Below are positions 10,312 to 19,690 of a DNA stretch of 64,000 nucleotides, piece by piece. The DNA lies in contig JBITAJ010000027.1 of NCBI GenBank assembly GCA_044440125.1, positions 250,377 through 314,376 of the forward strand, written 5' to 3'. Positions within the stretch are counted from its first letter, which is position 1, and every line of letters begins with the position of its first letter. A program made the position numbers and the translations under genes. The stretch is from Sedimentisphaeraceae bacterium JB056. GTDB taxonomy: Bacteria > Planctomycetota > Phycisphaerae > Sedimentisphaerales > Sedimentisphaeraceae. The notes beneath the pieces are model-generated. The model saw only the letters and a list, made by a program, of their open reading frames with translations. It did not search any database and was not told the origin of the DNA.

Positions 10312-11109
10312 ATGATCAATAAAATAAGTTTGTTTTTTGTAATGGTGTTTATTATGGCAGTCAATTGCAACTCATCTATCGTTGCTCACCGTGGATATTC
10401 CTCAAAAGCACCTGAAAACACACTCTCTGCGGTTAAAAAAGCATGGGAGTATGATATTGATGCTGTTGAAATTGACATTCACCTGACCTCTGATAACAAG
10501 GTAGTTGTAATCCATGATTCAAATACTGAACGTACTTGCGGGGTTAAGCATACAATAAAGGAAACAGATTCAAAGACTCTTAGAGAACTCGATTTCGGCA
10601 GTTGGTTTTCGGGTGAGTATGCCGGTGAGAAAATACCTTATCTTTCCGAGGTCATTGATGTAATACCGCAAGAGAAGAAGCTTTTCATAGAGATTAAATG
10701 CGGAAGTGAAGTTGTGCCGTTTCTTAAGAAGGTGATAGAAGATAGCGGACGCAGTGAGGATTTGCGGATAATTTCCTTTGATTGTGATGCTCTTACCGAG
10801 GCTAAAAAAGTTATGCCTGATGTGCCGATGTACTGGCTGATAAGCGGCAAGAAGGATAAAGAGAGCGGTAAGGTATTGCCTTACAATCAGGAGAGTATTG
10901 ATGTTGTCAAGCATCGCGGACTTGATGGATTGGATGTGCAGTTTTCTGTTCTAACTAAAGAGTTTGTTGATTCCGTGCATGCAGCCGGTTTGGAGATATT
11001 TGTTTGGACGGTTGATTTTATGGACGATGTCAGGAGGATGCATGGTTTAGGGGTTGATGGTATAACTACCAATTATCCTTATGAGGCATATAAAGAATTG
11101 AAAAAGTAA
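10312..11109 (+). CDS. Glycerophosphodiester phosphodiesterase (GDPD), probably exported
   Basis: AHRGYS..APENTL; EIDIHLT.D...VVIHD; FIEIK; WTVD; GVDGITTNYP; hydrophobic N-terminus. Confidence 0.92.
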   Translation: MINKISLFFVMVFIMAVNCNSSIVAHRGYSSKAPENTLSAVKKAWEYDIDAVEIDIHLTSDNKVVVIHDSNTERTCGVKHTIKETDSKTLRELDFGSWFSGEYAGEKIPYLSEVIDVIPQEKKLFIEIKCGSEVVPFLKKVIEDSGRSEDLRIISFDCDALTEAKKVMPDVPMYWLISGKKDKESGKVLPYNQESIDVVKHRGLDGLDVQFSVLTKEFVDSVHAAGLEIFVWTVDFMDDVRRMHGLGVDGITTNYPYEAYKELKK

Positions 11110-11133
11110 AAACTAAATTAGTGAGTGGGTTTG

Positions 11134-13998
11134 ATGAAAAGAAACAGTATTTTAAGTTCAGTGTTACTGGCGGCGGCTTTATTCATACTTTGTGGTGATG
11201 GTATGGCAGAGCTTTCGCGAAATGAATCAGGAAAAGTTACAGTTGTTTCCGAGCAGATTGGTGATATCCAATTTGACTACAGGCAATCGCAGGGAGTAAA
11301 TCTTTCCATCGGGGGTACTTCCGTTGTTACTTCAAGTTCCTTGTTTGTAGTGTCTCCCAATTGGGTGGAAAAGTTTTTTCTTTCAACATCAGAATCCTTT
11401 ATTGAGGATGTGATTGTTGAGGATGCTGACGGAGCAAAGAAGATCACCCTGATTCAACGAAGTACTATTGCTCCTTCCAATGTGTTTGAAGCTGAGCAGG
11501 TATTCACTGTTTATCCTGACAACAGAATAATTTTCCATGTCGATGTCGTTTACAAGGGAGACGACGATGCTATTTTTGAAAGCAAGATAGCGGGACTTAA
11601 TGCTGTACTTTTTGCCGGTCGTGATTATGAAGTTTATAAAGGCGGGCAGAAAACAGCAGGAACTGTTCCTGTGAAACCGGCTGGGGCTACACCAGAGGAA
11701 AGTAAGGTTGCCGATGATTTTGACAGAATCATTTTTCATTCACGACTTGGTGATGTTGAGATAACATCTAAAGAGGGTGATGATGCGATTATCTTCGATT
11801 ATCGCGGCAATATGTGGGCTGAGGCTAATGATCCGATTCTGTGGTTTGGTTATTTGAATAAACCGCTTGAGAAGAATGTCAGGCGGTCGTATACTGTAAC
11901 AATGAAACTGCCTTCAGTTGAGACTGACAGAGAAAAGAAAGTTGTTTCATCTCAGATAGATGTTCAAGCTGTTGCTGATGCAAGAGTCGCAAGATGGGGC
12001 AAGGATTGTATTATGCCTACGCCAAAGCAGCTTGAATATACTTCAGATAAGTTTCCGCTCTCAGAGAGAACCAAAATATATTTGCCGCAAGGCAGCAGTG
12101 ATCGTGTTGAAAATGGCGTCAGTTTTCTGCGCGAGGATATCGAGAATAATTTCGGTTTTAAGCCGGTAGTTATTCGCGGGCAGGTTCCTGATGATGCATA
12201 TAATGTTATTGTGATTGGTACTGATTTGGCTTGTACAGAGACATCGCTTTCGATACCTGAGAATCCAGAAGGATATTGCCTGAATGCTGATGATAATAAG
12301 GTTGTGATATCTTCTTGCGGAGACCAAGGTGTTTTTAACGGCATCATGACGCTGCTGCAGCTTATAACGCTTGAAGATTCAGAGCTGTATATAAAAGGTG
12401 CCGCGGTTACGGATTATCCATCACTTGATATGAGAGGTTTGCACTTCTTTTCAGGCAAAGATGTAGGGGGTCAGTCTGCTAAACTGATACGTGATATTAT
12501 GGCTCGTTTCAAACTCAATACTCTCGTATGGCAGTGTGATTATGTCAATTGGGATAATGCCGGTACTGTCCATAAGAATTACGGCATGGATAAGGCCGAT
12601 GCTAAAAAGGTAGTGGTTGCGGCTAAACAGAATAATGTGGAATTCATTCCGCTTCTGGCTACGCTTGGTCATGCTGAGTGGATATTTGACAATGGGGCAA
12701 ATATGGATATTGTTGAGGATCCGGAGAAGCCTTATGCTTATTGTCCGACCAATCCTGCGACTTATGATTTTATTTACGGTATGTTTGAAGAGATACTGGA
12801 TTTCTGCATCGACAAACCACGTATATTTCACATTGGACACGATGAAGTAACGATGTTCGGACGTTTCCCTTACAGAAGTAAGGATAGCGGCAAGAGCGTT
12901 ACAGAGCTTGTTGGAGAAGATATTCAAAAGCTTAATGGTTGGTTCTCGCAGAGAGATATAAGAATCGGGCTTTGGGGGGATATGTTCCTTTCTCCTGATC
13001 AGGCGAGCAGTGCCGCTTTTGCTTCTGATGCAGAGGAGTCTAAGAAACGCAGGGACATGCTTCCTGACGATGCAGTGATATTTGACTGGCATTACGAGTC
13101 GAACCCGCCGGAGAAATTTACTTCGCTCAAAGTTTTTGCTGATGAGAATTTTGATACCGTCGGGTCTACATGGTCCAAGCCTGATAATATAGCCAATATG
13201 GCAAAGGCTATTAATGATAACAATCTTGACGGTCTTTTGCAGACAACCTGGGCCGGATACAGTATGAGCGTTGATAATCGTGACAGCGCATGGGTGCAGT
13301 ATTGGGCATATCTGTTTGCCGCAGAATATGCCTGGACGGGGGATAATGTCGCTGTTTCTGAATTGCCTTTTTGCGCACCAGATTTGTTTTACGAAATATG
13401 GAATGAGCTCAAGCCGCTCAAGTCTGATAAAGGCGGTATGCTTTTTGATTTAAACAGTTTGTATAATCAAAAATTAGAAGAAGGTGACAATGCGGCCGGA
13501 TTTGGTGATTCCATAGATCTTTCCGGTATGCCGACAGGTAAAGTTTTACTGCATGATACTAACTTTCTCATTAATGAGACATCAGACGGTGAAGGCTGTA
13601 TAATTCTTAAGAGTAACCTGAATCGCGGGGACGAAATACCTGATAGCGTAAAACTGGAATTTGAACCTGTAGAAGCGTCAAAGCTGAGTGTTTTGCTGAC
13701 ATCAGCAATAAGGGTCAAGGATGGTGATAATATTGGTACTTTGACTATTGGATTCAGTGATGGGACTTGTGAAAATATAGATTTGGTCTATGGCAAAAAT
13801 ATCTTTGCGTATAACGATGTCAGGGTTACATCCGTTTCAAGAATAGCATGGCGAGGGGCTGATTCTGCCGGTTCTGAGGTTGGACTTGGATGGATCGATA
13901 TCGATATTGCTCAGGGCAAAGAAATGGTCTCTTTCAATCTTGAAAATAAGCCTTCGGACAGTTCTATTGTTCTTGTTGGGCTGACGGCTGTTAAGTAG
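11134..13998 (+). CDS. Secreted GH20-family beta-N-acetylhexosaminidase-like multidomain protein
   Basis: IMPTPKQ; EGY.L; DYP....RG; FIPL..TLGH; catalytic HIGHDEV; WGDM; signal peptide; extra N- and C-terminal domains. Confidence 0.85.
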   Translation: MKRNSILSSVLLAAALFILCGDGMAELSRNESGKVTVVSEQIGDIQFDYRQSQGVNLSIGGTSVVTSSSLFVVSPNWVEKFFLSTSESFIEDVIVEDADGAKKITLIQRSTIAPSNVFEAEQVFTVYPDNRIIFHVDVVYKGDDDAIFESKIAGLNAVLFAGRDYEVYKGGQKTAGTVPVKPAGATPEESKVADDFDRIIFHSRLGDVEITSKEGDDAIIFDYRGNMWAEANDPILWFGYLNKPLEKNVRRSYTVTMKLPSVETDREKKVVSSQIDVQAVADARVARWGKDCIMPTPKQLEYTSDKFPLSERTKIYLPQGSSDRVENGVSFLREDIENNFGFKPVVIRGQVPDDAYNVIVIGTDLACTETSLSIPENPEGYCLNADDNKVVISSCGDQGVFNGIMTLLQLITLEDSELYIKGAAVTDYPSLDMRGLHFFSGKDVGGQSAKLIRDIMARFKLNTLVWQCDYVNWDNAGTVHKNYGMDKADAKKVVVAAKQNNVEFIPLLATLGHAEWIFDNGANMDIVEDPEKPYAYCPTNPATYDFIYGMFEEILDFCIDKPRIFHIGHDEVTMFGRFPYRSKDSGKSVTELVGEDIQKLNGWFSQRDIRIGLWGDMFLSPDQASSAAFASDAEESKKRRDMLPDDAVIFDWHYESNPPEKFTSLKVFADENFDTVGSTWSKPDNIANMAKAINDNNLDGLLQTTWAGYSMSVDNRDSAWVQYWAYLFAAEYAWTGDNVAVSELPFCAPDLFYEIWNELKPLKSDKGGMLFDLNSLYNQKLEEGDNAAGFGDSIDLSGMPTGKVLLHDTNFLINETSDGEGCIILKSNLNRGDEIPDSVKLEFEPVEASKLSVLLTSAIRVKDGDNIGTLTIGFSDGTCENIDLVYGKNIFAYNDVRVTSVSRIAWRGADSAGSEVGLGWIDIDIAQGKEMVSFNLENKPSDSSIVLVGLTAVK

Positions 13999-14022
13999 AA
14001 CTGATCAAACTGAAAGGGCAAT

Positions 14023-15381
14023 ATGAAATACCCTAAAATAGCGAATCTGCATAATCTCAGTGATGAGGTGAAGTTTTATGCTCAGCTCAAGGCTGAGTAT
14101 GGAAGCAAGGGCGTTGGCAAGGTTGTCAAGGATGCTGAAAAGGCTCTTAAGCGGGCTGTAAAAGAACTGAAGAGGCTTCCGGTAGACGAGAGGCTTGCTG
14201 CTCGCGAGCCAGATGACCTTGAAATGATTAGAGCTTTGCGTCCTGAGGGGCCTCGCAGGTTGATTGACAGCTTTAAGCGGAAAGATTATCTCGACAAACT
14301 TGAAGGGGCGTTTTTAGGCCGGCTTGCCGCCTGTACACTTGGTGCTCCGGTTGAATTCTGGTCGGTAGAGAAAATGGCTGAGCATGCCGCATACTGGAAG
14401 GAACCTTTTCCGCCTGTTGATTACTGGAAGGAAGTGCCCGATCCTTATAGCCGTAGGTATGGCGGCTCCAAGAGAATTGAGTATACACGTGATGTGATGA
14501 ATGGCGTGCCGGTTGATGATGATATAATGTATACCATGATAGGTTTGCTTATTGCAGAGGAATATGGTGTTGATTTTACTACCGAGGACGTTGGGAAGGC
14601 ATGGGTTAAATATCTTCCTGTTGCGTGTACTGCCGAGGAAGTCGCTTTAAATAATCTCAAAAAGGGAATCTCGGCTGATAAAGCAGGTGGGGTTGATAAT
14701 CCGTATTGTGAGCTTATCGGTGCTTTCATTCGTTCAGACCCATGGGGGTATATCGCTGCCGGCTGGCCTCAAAAGGCTGCTGAACTTGCTTATAGAGATG
14801 CGTTTCTTTCTCACAGAAGGCAGGGCATATACGGAGAGATGTTCTTTGCGGCAACGATAGCGGCGGCTTTCGTTGTGGATGATCCGATTGAGGCTGTGAA
14901 AATCGGCTTGACGGAAATACCTGCTGAATGTACTTTGGCAAAAGATATTAGATGGGCTCTGGATGCATTGCCTTCTATCAGGAATTATCTTGACGGGCGC
15001 GCAGCGATAGAACAGCGATATACGCAGGTTGACAGGGATGTTGTTTATAACCCTATGTATATGGAGAGCTATAAGGGGATGCATCATGCCCATACAATAA
15101 ACAATGCCGCTATAGTTGTGTTTGGTTTGGCTATTGGCGGTGGCGATTTTACCAAGACGGCTGCCGAGACAGTTGCTATGGGTATGGATAATGATTGTAC
15201 CGCGGCAACAGCGGGCAGTATTGTTGGTGCTATAGCAGGGAAAGAGGGTATTGAACCTCACTGGTCAAAGCCTTTTAATAATACAATCCATTCGTATTTG
15301 ATCGGCAAAAAGAAGTTCACTATATCCGGGGCCTTAAAACGATTTGCTAAATGCGCAGCACAATGCAGTGTTGTAAAATAA
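14023..15381 (+). CDS. ADP-ribosylglycohydrolase family protein
   Basis: LGAPVE; PVDDD..YT; IGA.IRSD; GMDNDCTAATAGSI.GA. Confidence 0.85.
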   Translation: MKYPKIANLHNLSDEVKFYAQLKAEYGSKGVGKVVKDAEKALKRAVKELKRLPVDERLAAREPDDLEMIRALRPEGPRRLIDSFKRKDYLDKLEGAFLGRLAACTLGAPVEFWSVEKMAEHAAYWKEPFPPVDYWKEVPDPYSRRYGGSKRIEYTRDVMNGVPVDDDIMYTMIGLLIAEEYGVDFTTEDVGKAWVKYLPVACTAEEVALNNLKKGISADKAGGVDNPYCELIGAFIRSDPWGYIAAGWPQKAAELAYRDAFLSHRRQGIYGEMFFAATIAAAFVVDDPIEAVKIGLTEIPAECTLAKDIRWALDALPSIRNYLDGRAAIEQRYTQVDRDVVYNPMYMESYKGMHHAHTINNAAIVVFGLAIGGGDFTKTAAETVAMGMDNDCTAATAGSIVGAIAGKEGIEPHWSKPFNNTIHSYLIGKKKFTISGALKRFAKCAAQCSVVK

Positions 15382-15400
15382 AGATAAGGGTGATAGGTAA

Positions 15401-15874
15401 ATGAATGATATGATAGTAAGGCTGTATGACCTGCCGGATGCTGCTGAAGATATAAAGGCTTTCAGAGAGAAGGGGGTTGTTGTTAAAAGGGCCATGTCGC
15501 TTGAGAAAAGAATCGTGGTTAAATGGGTTGAGGAAACGTTCGGGCAATGGTGGGGGCCGGAGACCGAGACTGCTTTTGATAATTCTCCTCCGACTTGTTT
15601 TATTGCGTCTAAGGGAAAGGAGCTTTTAGGGTTTGCAGTATATGATGCTACGTGCAAGAATTTTTTCGGTCCTACAGGTGTGACGGAAAAACACAGGGGC
15701 AATGGGATTGGCAGGGTTCTTATGTTGTCTGCTTTTCATGCGATGCGGAATGACGGCTACGCTTATGGTATTATAGGCAGTGCAGGACCTGTAGATTTTT
15801 ACAAGAAGGTTCTTGATGCTCAGGTGATAGAAAAATCTGTGCCGGGTGTTTATGAAGATCTTTTGCGTAATTAA
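15401..15874 (+). CDS. GNAT-family N-acetyltransferase
   Basis: FFGPTGV..KHRGNGIG acetyl-CoA motif A; GY.YGIIG.AGPVDFY. Confidence 0.85.
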   Translation: MNDMIVRLYDLPDAAEDIKAFREKGVVVKRAMSLEKRIVVKWVEETFGQWWGPETETAFDNSPPTCFIASKGKELLGFAVYDATCKNFFGPTGVTEKHRGNGIGRVLMLSAFHAMRNDGYAYGIIGSAGPVDFYKKVLDAQVIEKSVPGVYEDLLRN

Positions 15875-15888
15875 ATATGTTTTATTAT

Positions 15889-16026
15889 GGTAAAACGTTT
15901 TCTGGTGGTTTAGAGTTTGTTTTTGCTTCTGAATCGCGGTTTGTTTTGATGTTTTTTTGTCGTTTTACCTTTTTTTACTTGAAATAATCGCTGTTTTGAG
16001 TCATAATAAGGATAACGTTTGCCCTT
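15889..16026 (+). promoter_or_regulatory. Sigma70-type promoter with two LacI-type operators
   Basis: TTGAAA (15979-15984), 17 bp, CATAAT (16002-16007). Operators GGTAAAACGTTTTCT (15889) and AGGATAACGTTTGCCC (16009). Same layout as the promoter at 1091. Confidence 0.7.
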
Positions 16027-16098
16027 GTCTGTGTTTTTGTCTTTCAGACTTGCGGCATCGGAACTTTTTAGTAGATTTGAATGATAATTTGAGGATTG

Positions 16099-17247
16099 AT
16101 GATGGACAATTTGGGAATTGGCATAATAGGATGTGGTATCAGGATTGGGCAAGTAGTGAAGGGGCTGCTTGATGTTAATCAGGGTATTGAAATAGCGGCA
16201 GTGAGCGATCCTTCTGCTGCGTCTATTGAATCGACCAGAAAGAATCTTGATTGCGACCCAGTTGTATATGAAGATTATAACGATCTTGTTAATGATCCGA
16301 AGGTTAAATGGGTTTTTATAGGTTCATGGAATTGCTATCATCGAGAGCATGTTGAGGCTGCGGTTAAGGCCGGCAAGCATATTTTCTGCGAAAAACCTCT
16401 TGCTACTAACCTTGATGATTGCCTCAGTATATATAATGCGTGGAAGTCAAGTAAGTGTACTTTTATGATAGGCTTTACCCTTCGTTATTCGCCGCATTAC
16501 AACAAGATCAAAAAGCTTATAGATGCCGGTGAGATAGGTGATATTGTGAGCCTTGAATTCAATGAAACACTGGATTTCAACCATGGCTCTTACATAATGG
16601 GCGGCTGGAGAAGCGAAACGAAATATGCAGGTACGCATCTGCTTGAGAAGTGCTGTCATGATGTTGATATTGTCAACTGGCTTGTAGACAGCAGGGCAAG
16701 GAAGTCTGCGAGTTTTGGCGGGTTGGATATTTTTAAGCCTGAACATGTTGACTGGCAGAAGAAATATGAGCCGCATAAAACAGGGTTGATGCCATTTAGG
16801 AGCTGGGGACAGCCTCATGATCCATTTACAAATCCAAAAGATGTTGTAGATAATCAGGTAGGTATAATTGAGTACGAGAATAATGTTCGTGCGACATTTC
16901 ATACGAACTGCTGCTGCGGCATACCTGAAAGAAGAATGTATATAATCGGTACCGAAGGTGCAATTCGTGCGGATACCATCAAGGGGTTGATAGAATTGAA
17001 GAAAATCGGGTTTGATACGGAATTTATTGATTGCAGTACAGAGGCCAGCGGTAATCATGGCGGTGGTGATGAGGTGTTGTGCAAGTTTCTTTCAGATGCC
17101 ATTGAAAAGGGACAGACTCCTCCTACCGGTATGATAGACGCGTTGACTTCTGCGGCGACTTGTTTTGGTATGGACAGGGCACTTGATGATGGAATTATTT
17201 TCGACTATCTGGATATTTGGAAGAAAGTTGACGCTGTTGTAAAATAG
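16099..17247 (+). CDS. Gfo/Idh/MocA-family oxidoreductase
   Basis: GIIGCG Rossmann motif; GKHIFCEKPLA; GFTLRY; EKCCHD.D; HGGGD. Confidence 0.92.
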   Translation: MMDNLGIGIIGCGIRIGQVVKGLLDVNQGIEIAAVSDPSAASIESTRKNLDCDPVVYEDYNDLVNDPKVKWVFIGSWNCYHREHVEAAVKAGKHIFCEKPLATNLDDCLSIYNAWKSSKCTFMIGFTLRYSPHYNKIKKLIDAGEIGDIVSLEFNETLDFNHGSYIMGGWRSETKYAGTHLLEKCCHDVDIVNWLVDSRARKSASFGGLDIFKPEHVDWQKKYEPHKTGLMPFRSWGQPHDPFTNPKDVVDNQVGIIEYENNVRATFHTNCCCGIPERRMYIIGTEGAIRADTIKGLIELKKIGFDTEFIDCSTEASGNHGGGDEVLCKFLSDAIEKGQTPPTGMIDALTSAATCFGMDRALDDGIIFDYLDIWKKVDAVVK

Positions 17248-17371
17248 CGGTGGGCAGGAATGAGTTTGGTTTCAAACGCTATAAAAATTCTATGCCTTGA
17301 AAAATTTCAGGGGATCACGTTTCGCATAGTTATATAAAGTTGAATAAATAATCTTAGGTAAAAGAGGTCTC

Positions 17372-19633
17372 ATGACTGTAATAGACTGGGTAATAATAAT
17401 AGCCGCATTGTGCATTCTAACTGCTTCTGCGATCATAACACAACGTTATTCAAAGACCGTGTCGAGCTTTCTTGCCGCAGAAAGATGCGGTGGTAGGTAT
17501 ATGATATCAATCTCCAGCGGTATGGCGGGATTGGGTGTTATTACTCTTATGTTTATGTTTCAGATTTCTTATGATACCGGATTTTCTGACAGCTGGTGGA
17601 AGGTCGCGTGGTGGCCTTTGCAGCTTGTTTTTGCTTTATCAGGATGGGTCATCTTTCGATTCAGGCAGACAAGGGCAATGACACTTGCCGAGTTCTTTGA
17701 GATTAGATACAGCCGTAGGTTGAGGGTGTTTGCCGGATTTGTGGCTTTTATCGCCGGCATATTGAATTTTGGAATATTTCCGTCTGTTGGTGCAAGATTC
17801 TTTATGTTCTTTTGCGGTCTTCCATACAGTTTTCATGTCCCCGGAACGGAACTCTATCTGCAGACATTCCCTGTTTTAATGTTCATTCTGCTGTTCTTCT
17901 CCGTGCTTTTCACTTTTATCGGCGGCCAGATAACAATAATGTTCACTGATTTCATCCAGGGGTTATTCACTACGATAGCATTCGGGTTAGTTGTTGCGTT
18001 TTTGTTTTTTACATTTTCAAAAGCGGAAATGTCAGAGACCTTGCTTGCAGCTCCTCCAGGCCATTCACTTGTAAACCCTTATGATATTGGGAAAGACGCC
18101 AATTTCAGTCCGGTATTTTATCTGCTCGGACTTGCGACAAGTTTCTATACGGTTATGGGGTGGCAGGGTACTGCAGGATATAACTGTTGTGCCAAGACGG
18201 CACATGAGGCTAAAATGGCTACAATGCTTGGTAACTGGCGTATGTTGGCTATGCTGCCTGTTTTGTGCGCATTCCTTCCAATATCAGTTCATATATATAC
18301 AAAACATCACAACTACTCAGAGAAGGCAGTTGAGGTCAATGCGATTCTTGATCAAAGGGTCAATATGGAGCTCAACAAGATGGCTCAGAATACTTCCGTG
18401 AGAAAAGATGAACTAAAGCTTCTTGCCGATCTAAGCCCTGCTGAATCTGAAAAGCTGTTGAGGCTGCAGGATTACAAGGTAGAGGATGTTGACACTTCGA
18501 TATATTCAGGCATACCTGCGGTTTCTGATAAAACACCGCTTGAAGCAAAAAAGTTATCCCAGTTGCTGTATGATAAATCTGATGAGATCAAAAGTCAGGT
18601 AAGGCTTCCTCTTGTGATAGGCAGGATAATACCGAGAGGTCTGGCGGGGCTTTTTTGTGCCGCGATGTTTGCGGCATTCATAAGCACTCATAATACCTAT
18701 CTTCATTCATGGGGATCAATGCTTATTCAGGATGTTGTTCTGCCATTCAGGAAGAAACCATTAAGCGAGCGTTCGCATATAAGACTGCTGCGATTGGCTG
18801 TTATCGGTGTTGCGATTTATGCCTTTATGTTCAGCCTGCTTTTTACACATTCGCAGCGTATAACTATGTATTGTCAGATAACCGCTACAGTGTTTGTTGG
18901 TGGTGCCGGCTCGCTGATAATTGGTGGTTTATATTGGAAAAAAGGTACTATCCAGGCAGCGTGGGTTGCCATGATAGCGGGTCTTGTACTTGCTTTACTT
19001 GGGATATTCATTACTCAATCCGGTGCGTCAGCCGTTGACAGTGCAATGGAGATGCCTTTCTGGATATCCGTTACTGGGCTTCTTGCCAAGATCAATCTTG
19101 ATGAATCTTTTTGGAGACTGGCGCATACAATATTCAAGATGAATGCCGCAGTTGTGATGTTTCTTACTTGTTACACCTGCATGGCATTATATGCGATCGT
19201 TTCTATTTTTACCTGTAAAAAAGATTTCAATCTTGATAAAATGCTTCACAGAGGCAAGTATTCTATTGAGGGCGATGAATCAGCATCTATCATTGATGCA
19301 AAGACCATCTGGAACAGACTCGGGTTTTCACAGGACTTTACGAAAGGCGATTATTTTATTGCGATTGTCTCGATTGTATGGCCCTTGGTATGGTTCATCG
19401 TTTTTATTGCAGGGACCATCATGCAAGACAGTATAAAGGATACTCAATGGTTTGAGTATTGGTATTACTGGCTTTGGGGGATGTTTGTACTTGGTATAAT
19501 ACTTGCCGTATGGTTTACATGGGGCGGGTTCAAAGATATGTTCAGTTTCATCAAGCACCTCAAAGGAGTTAAGACAAAAGCGGAGCTGGGGTTGCTTGAA
19601 CAAGACAATGGTGAGCATTTTGATGAGAGCTGA
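17372..19633 (+). CDS. Sodium:solute symporter family transporter
   Basis: Many TM helices; FLAA.RC.GR; T.AMT.AEFFE.RY; AAFIST..TYLHSWGS..IQD; GGLYWK.GT. Confidence 0.9.
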   Translation: MTVIDWVIIIAALCILTASAIITQRYSKTVSSFLAAERCGGRYMISISSGMAGLGVITLMFMFQISYDTGFSDSWWKVAWWPLQLVFALSGWVIFRFRQTRAMTLAEFFEIRYSRRLRVFAGFVAFIAGILNFGIFPSVGARFFMFFCGLPYSFHVPGTELYLQTFPVLMFILLFFSVLFTFIGGQITIMFTDFIQGLFTTIAFGLVVAFLFFTFSKAEMSETLLAAPPGHSLVNPYDIGKDANFSPVFYLLGLATSFYTVMGWQGTAGYNCCAKTAHEAKMATMLGNWRMLAMLPVLCAFLPISVHIYTKHHNYSEKAVEVNAILDQRVNMELNKMAQNTSVRKDELKLLADLSPAESEKLLRLQDYKVEDVDTSIYSGIPAVSDKTPLEAKKLSQLLYDKSDEIKSQVRLPLVIGRIIPRGLAGLFCAAMFAAFISTHNTYLHSWGSMLIQDVVLPFRKKPLSERSHIRLLRLAVIGVAIYAFMFSLLFTHSQRITMYCQITATVFVGGAGSLIIGGLYWKKGTIQAAWVAMIAGLVLALLGIFITQSGASAVDSAMEMPFWISVTGLLAKINLDESFWRLAHTIFKMNAAVVMFLTCYTCMALYAIVSIFTCKKDFNLDKMLHRGKYSIEGDESASIIDAKTIWNRLGFSQDFTKGDYFIAIVSIVWPLVWFIVFIAGTIMQDSIKDTQWFEYWYYWLWGMFVLGIILAVWFTWGGFKDMFSFIKHLKGVKTKAELGLLEQDNGEHFDES

Positions 19634-19690
19634 GTTTGTTTGAAAGATGTGTAAATATAGTTTAGGTTTTCAGAATTTGCAGAATAAAAG

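Noticed and set aside
14023..15874. ARH and GNAT as a toxin-antitoxin or defence pair
   Set aside because: They are embedded in a sugar operon with no ADP-ribosyltransferase or antitoxin-like partner.
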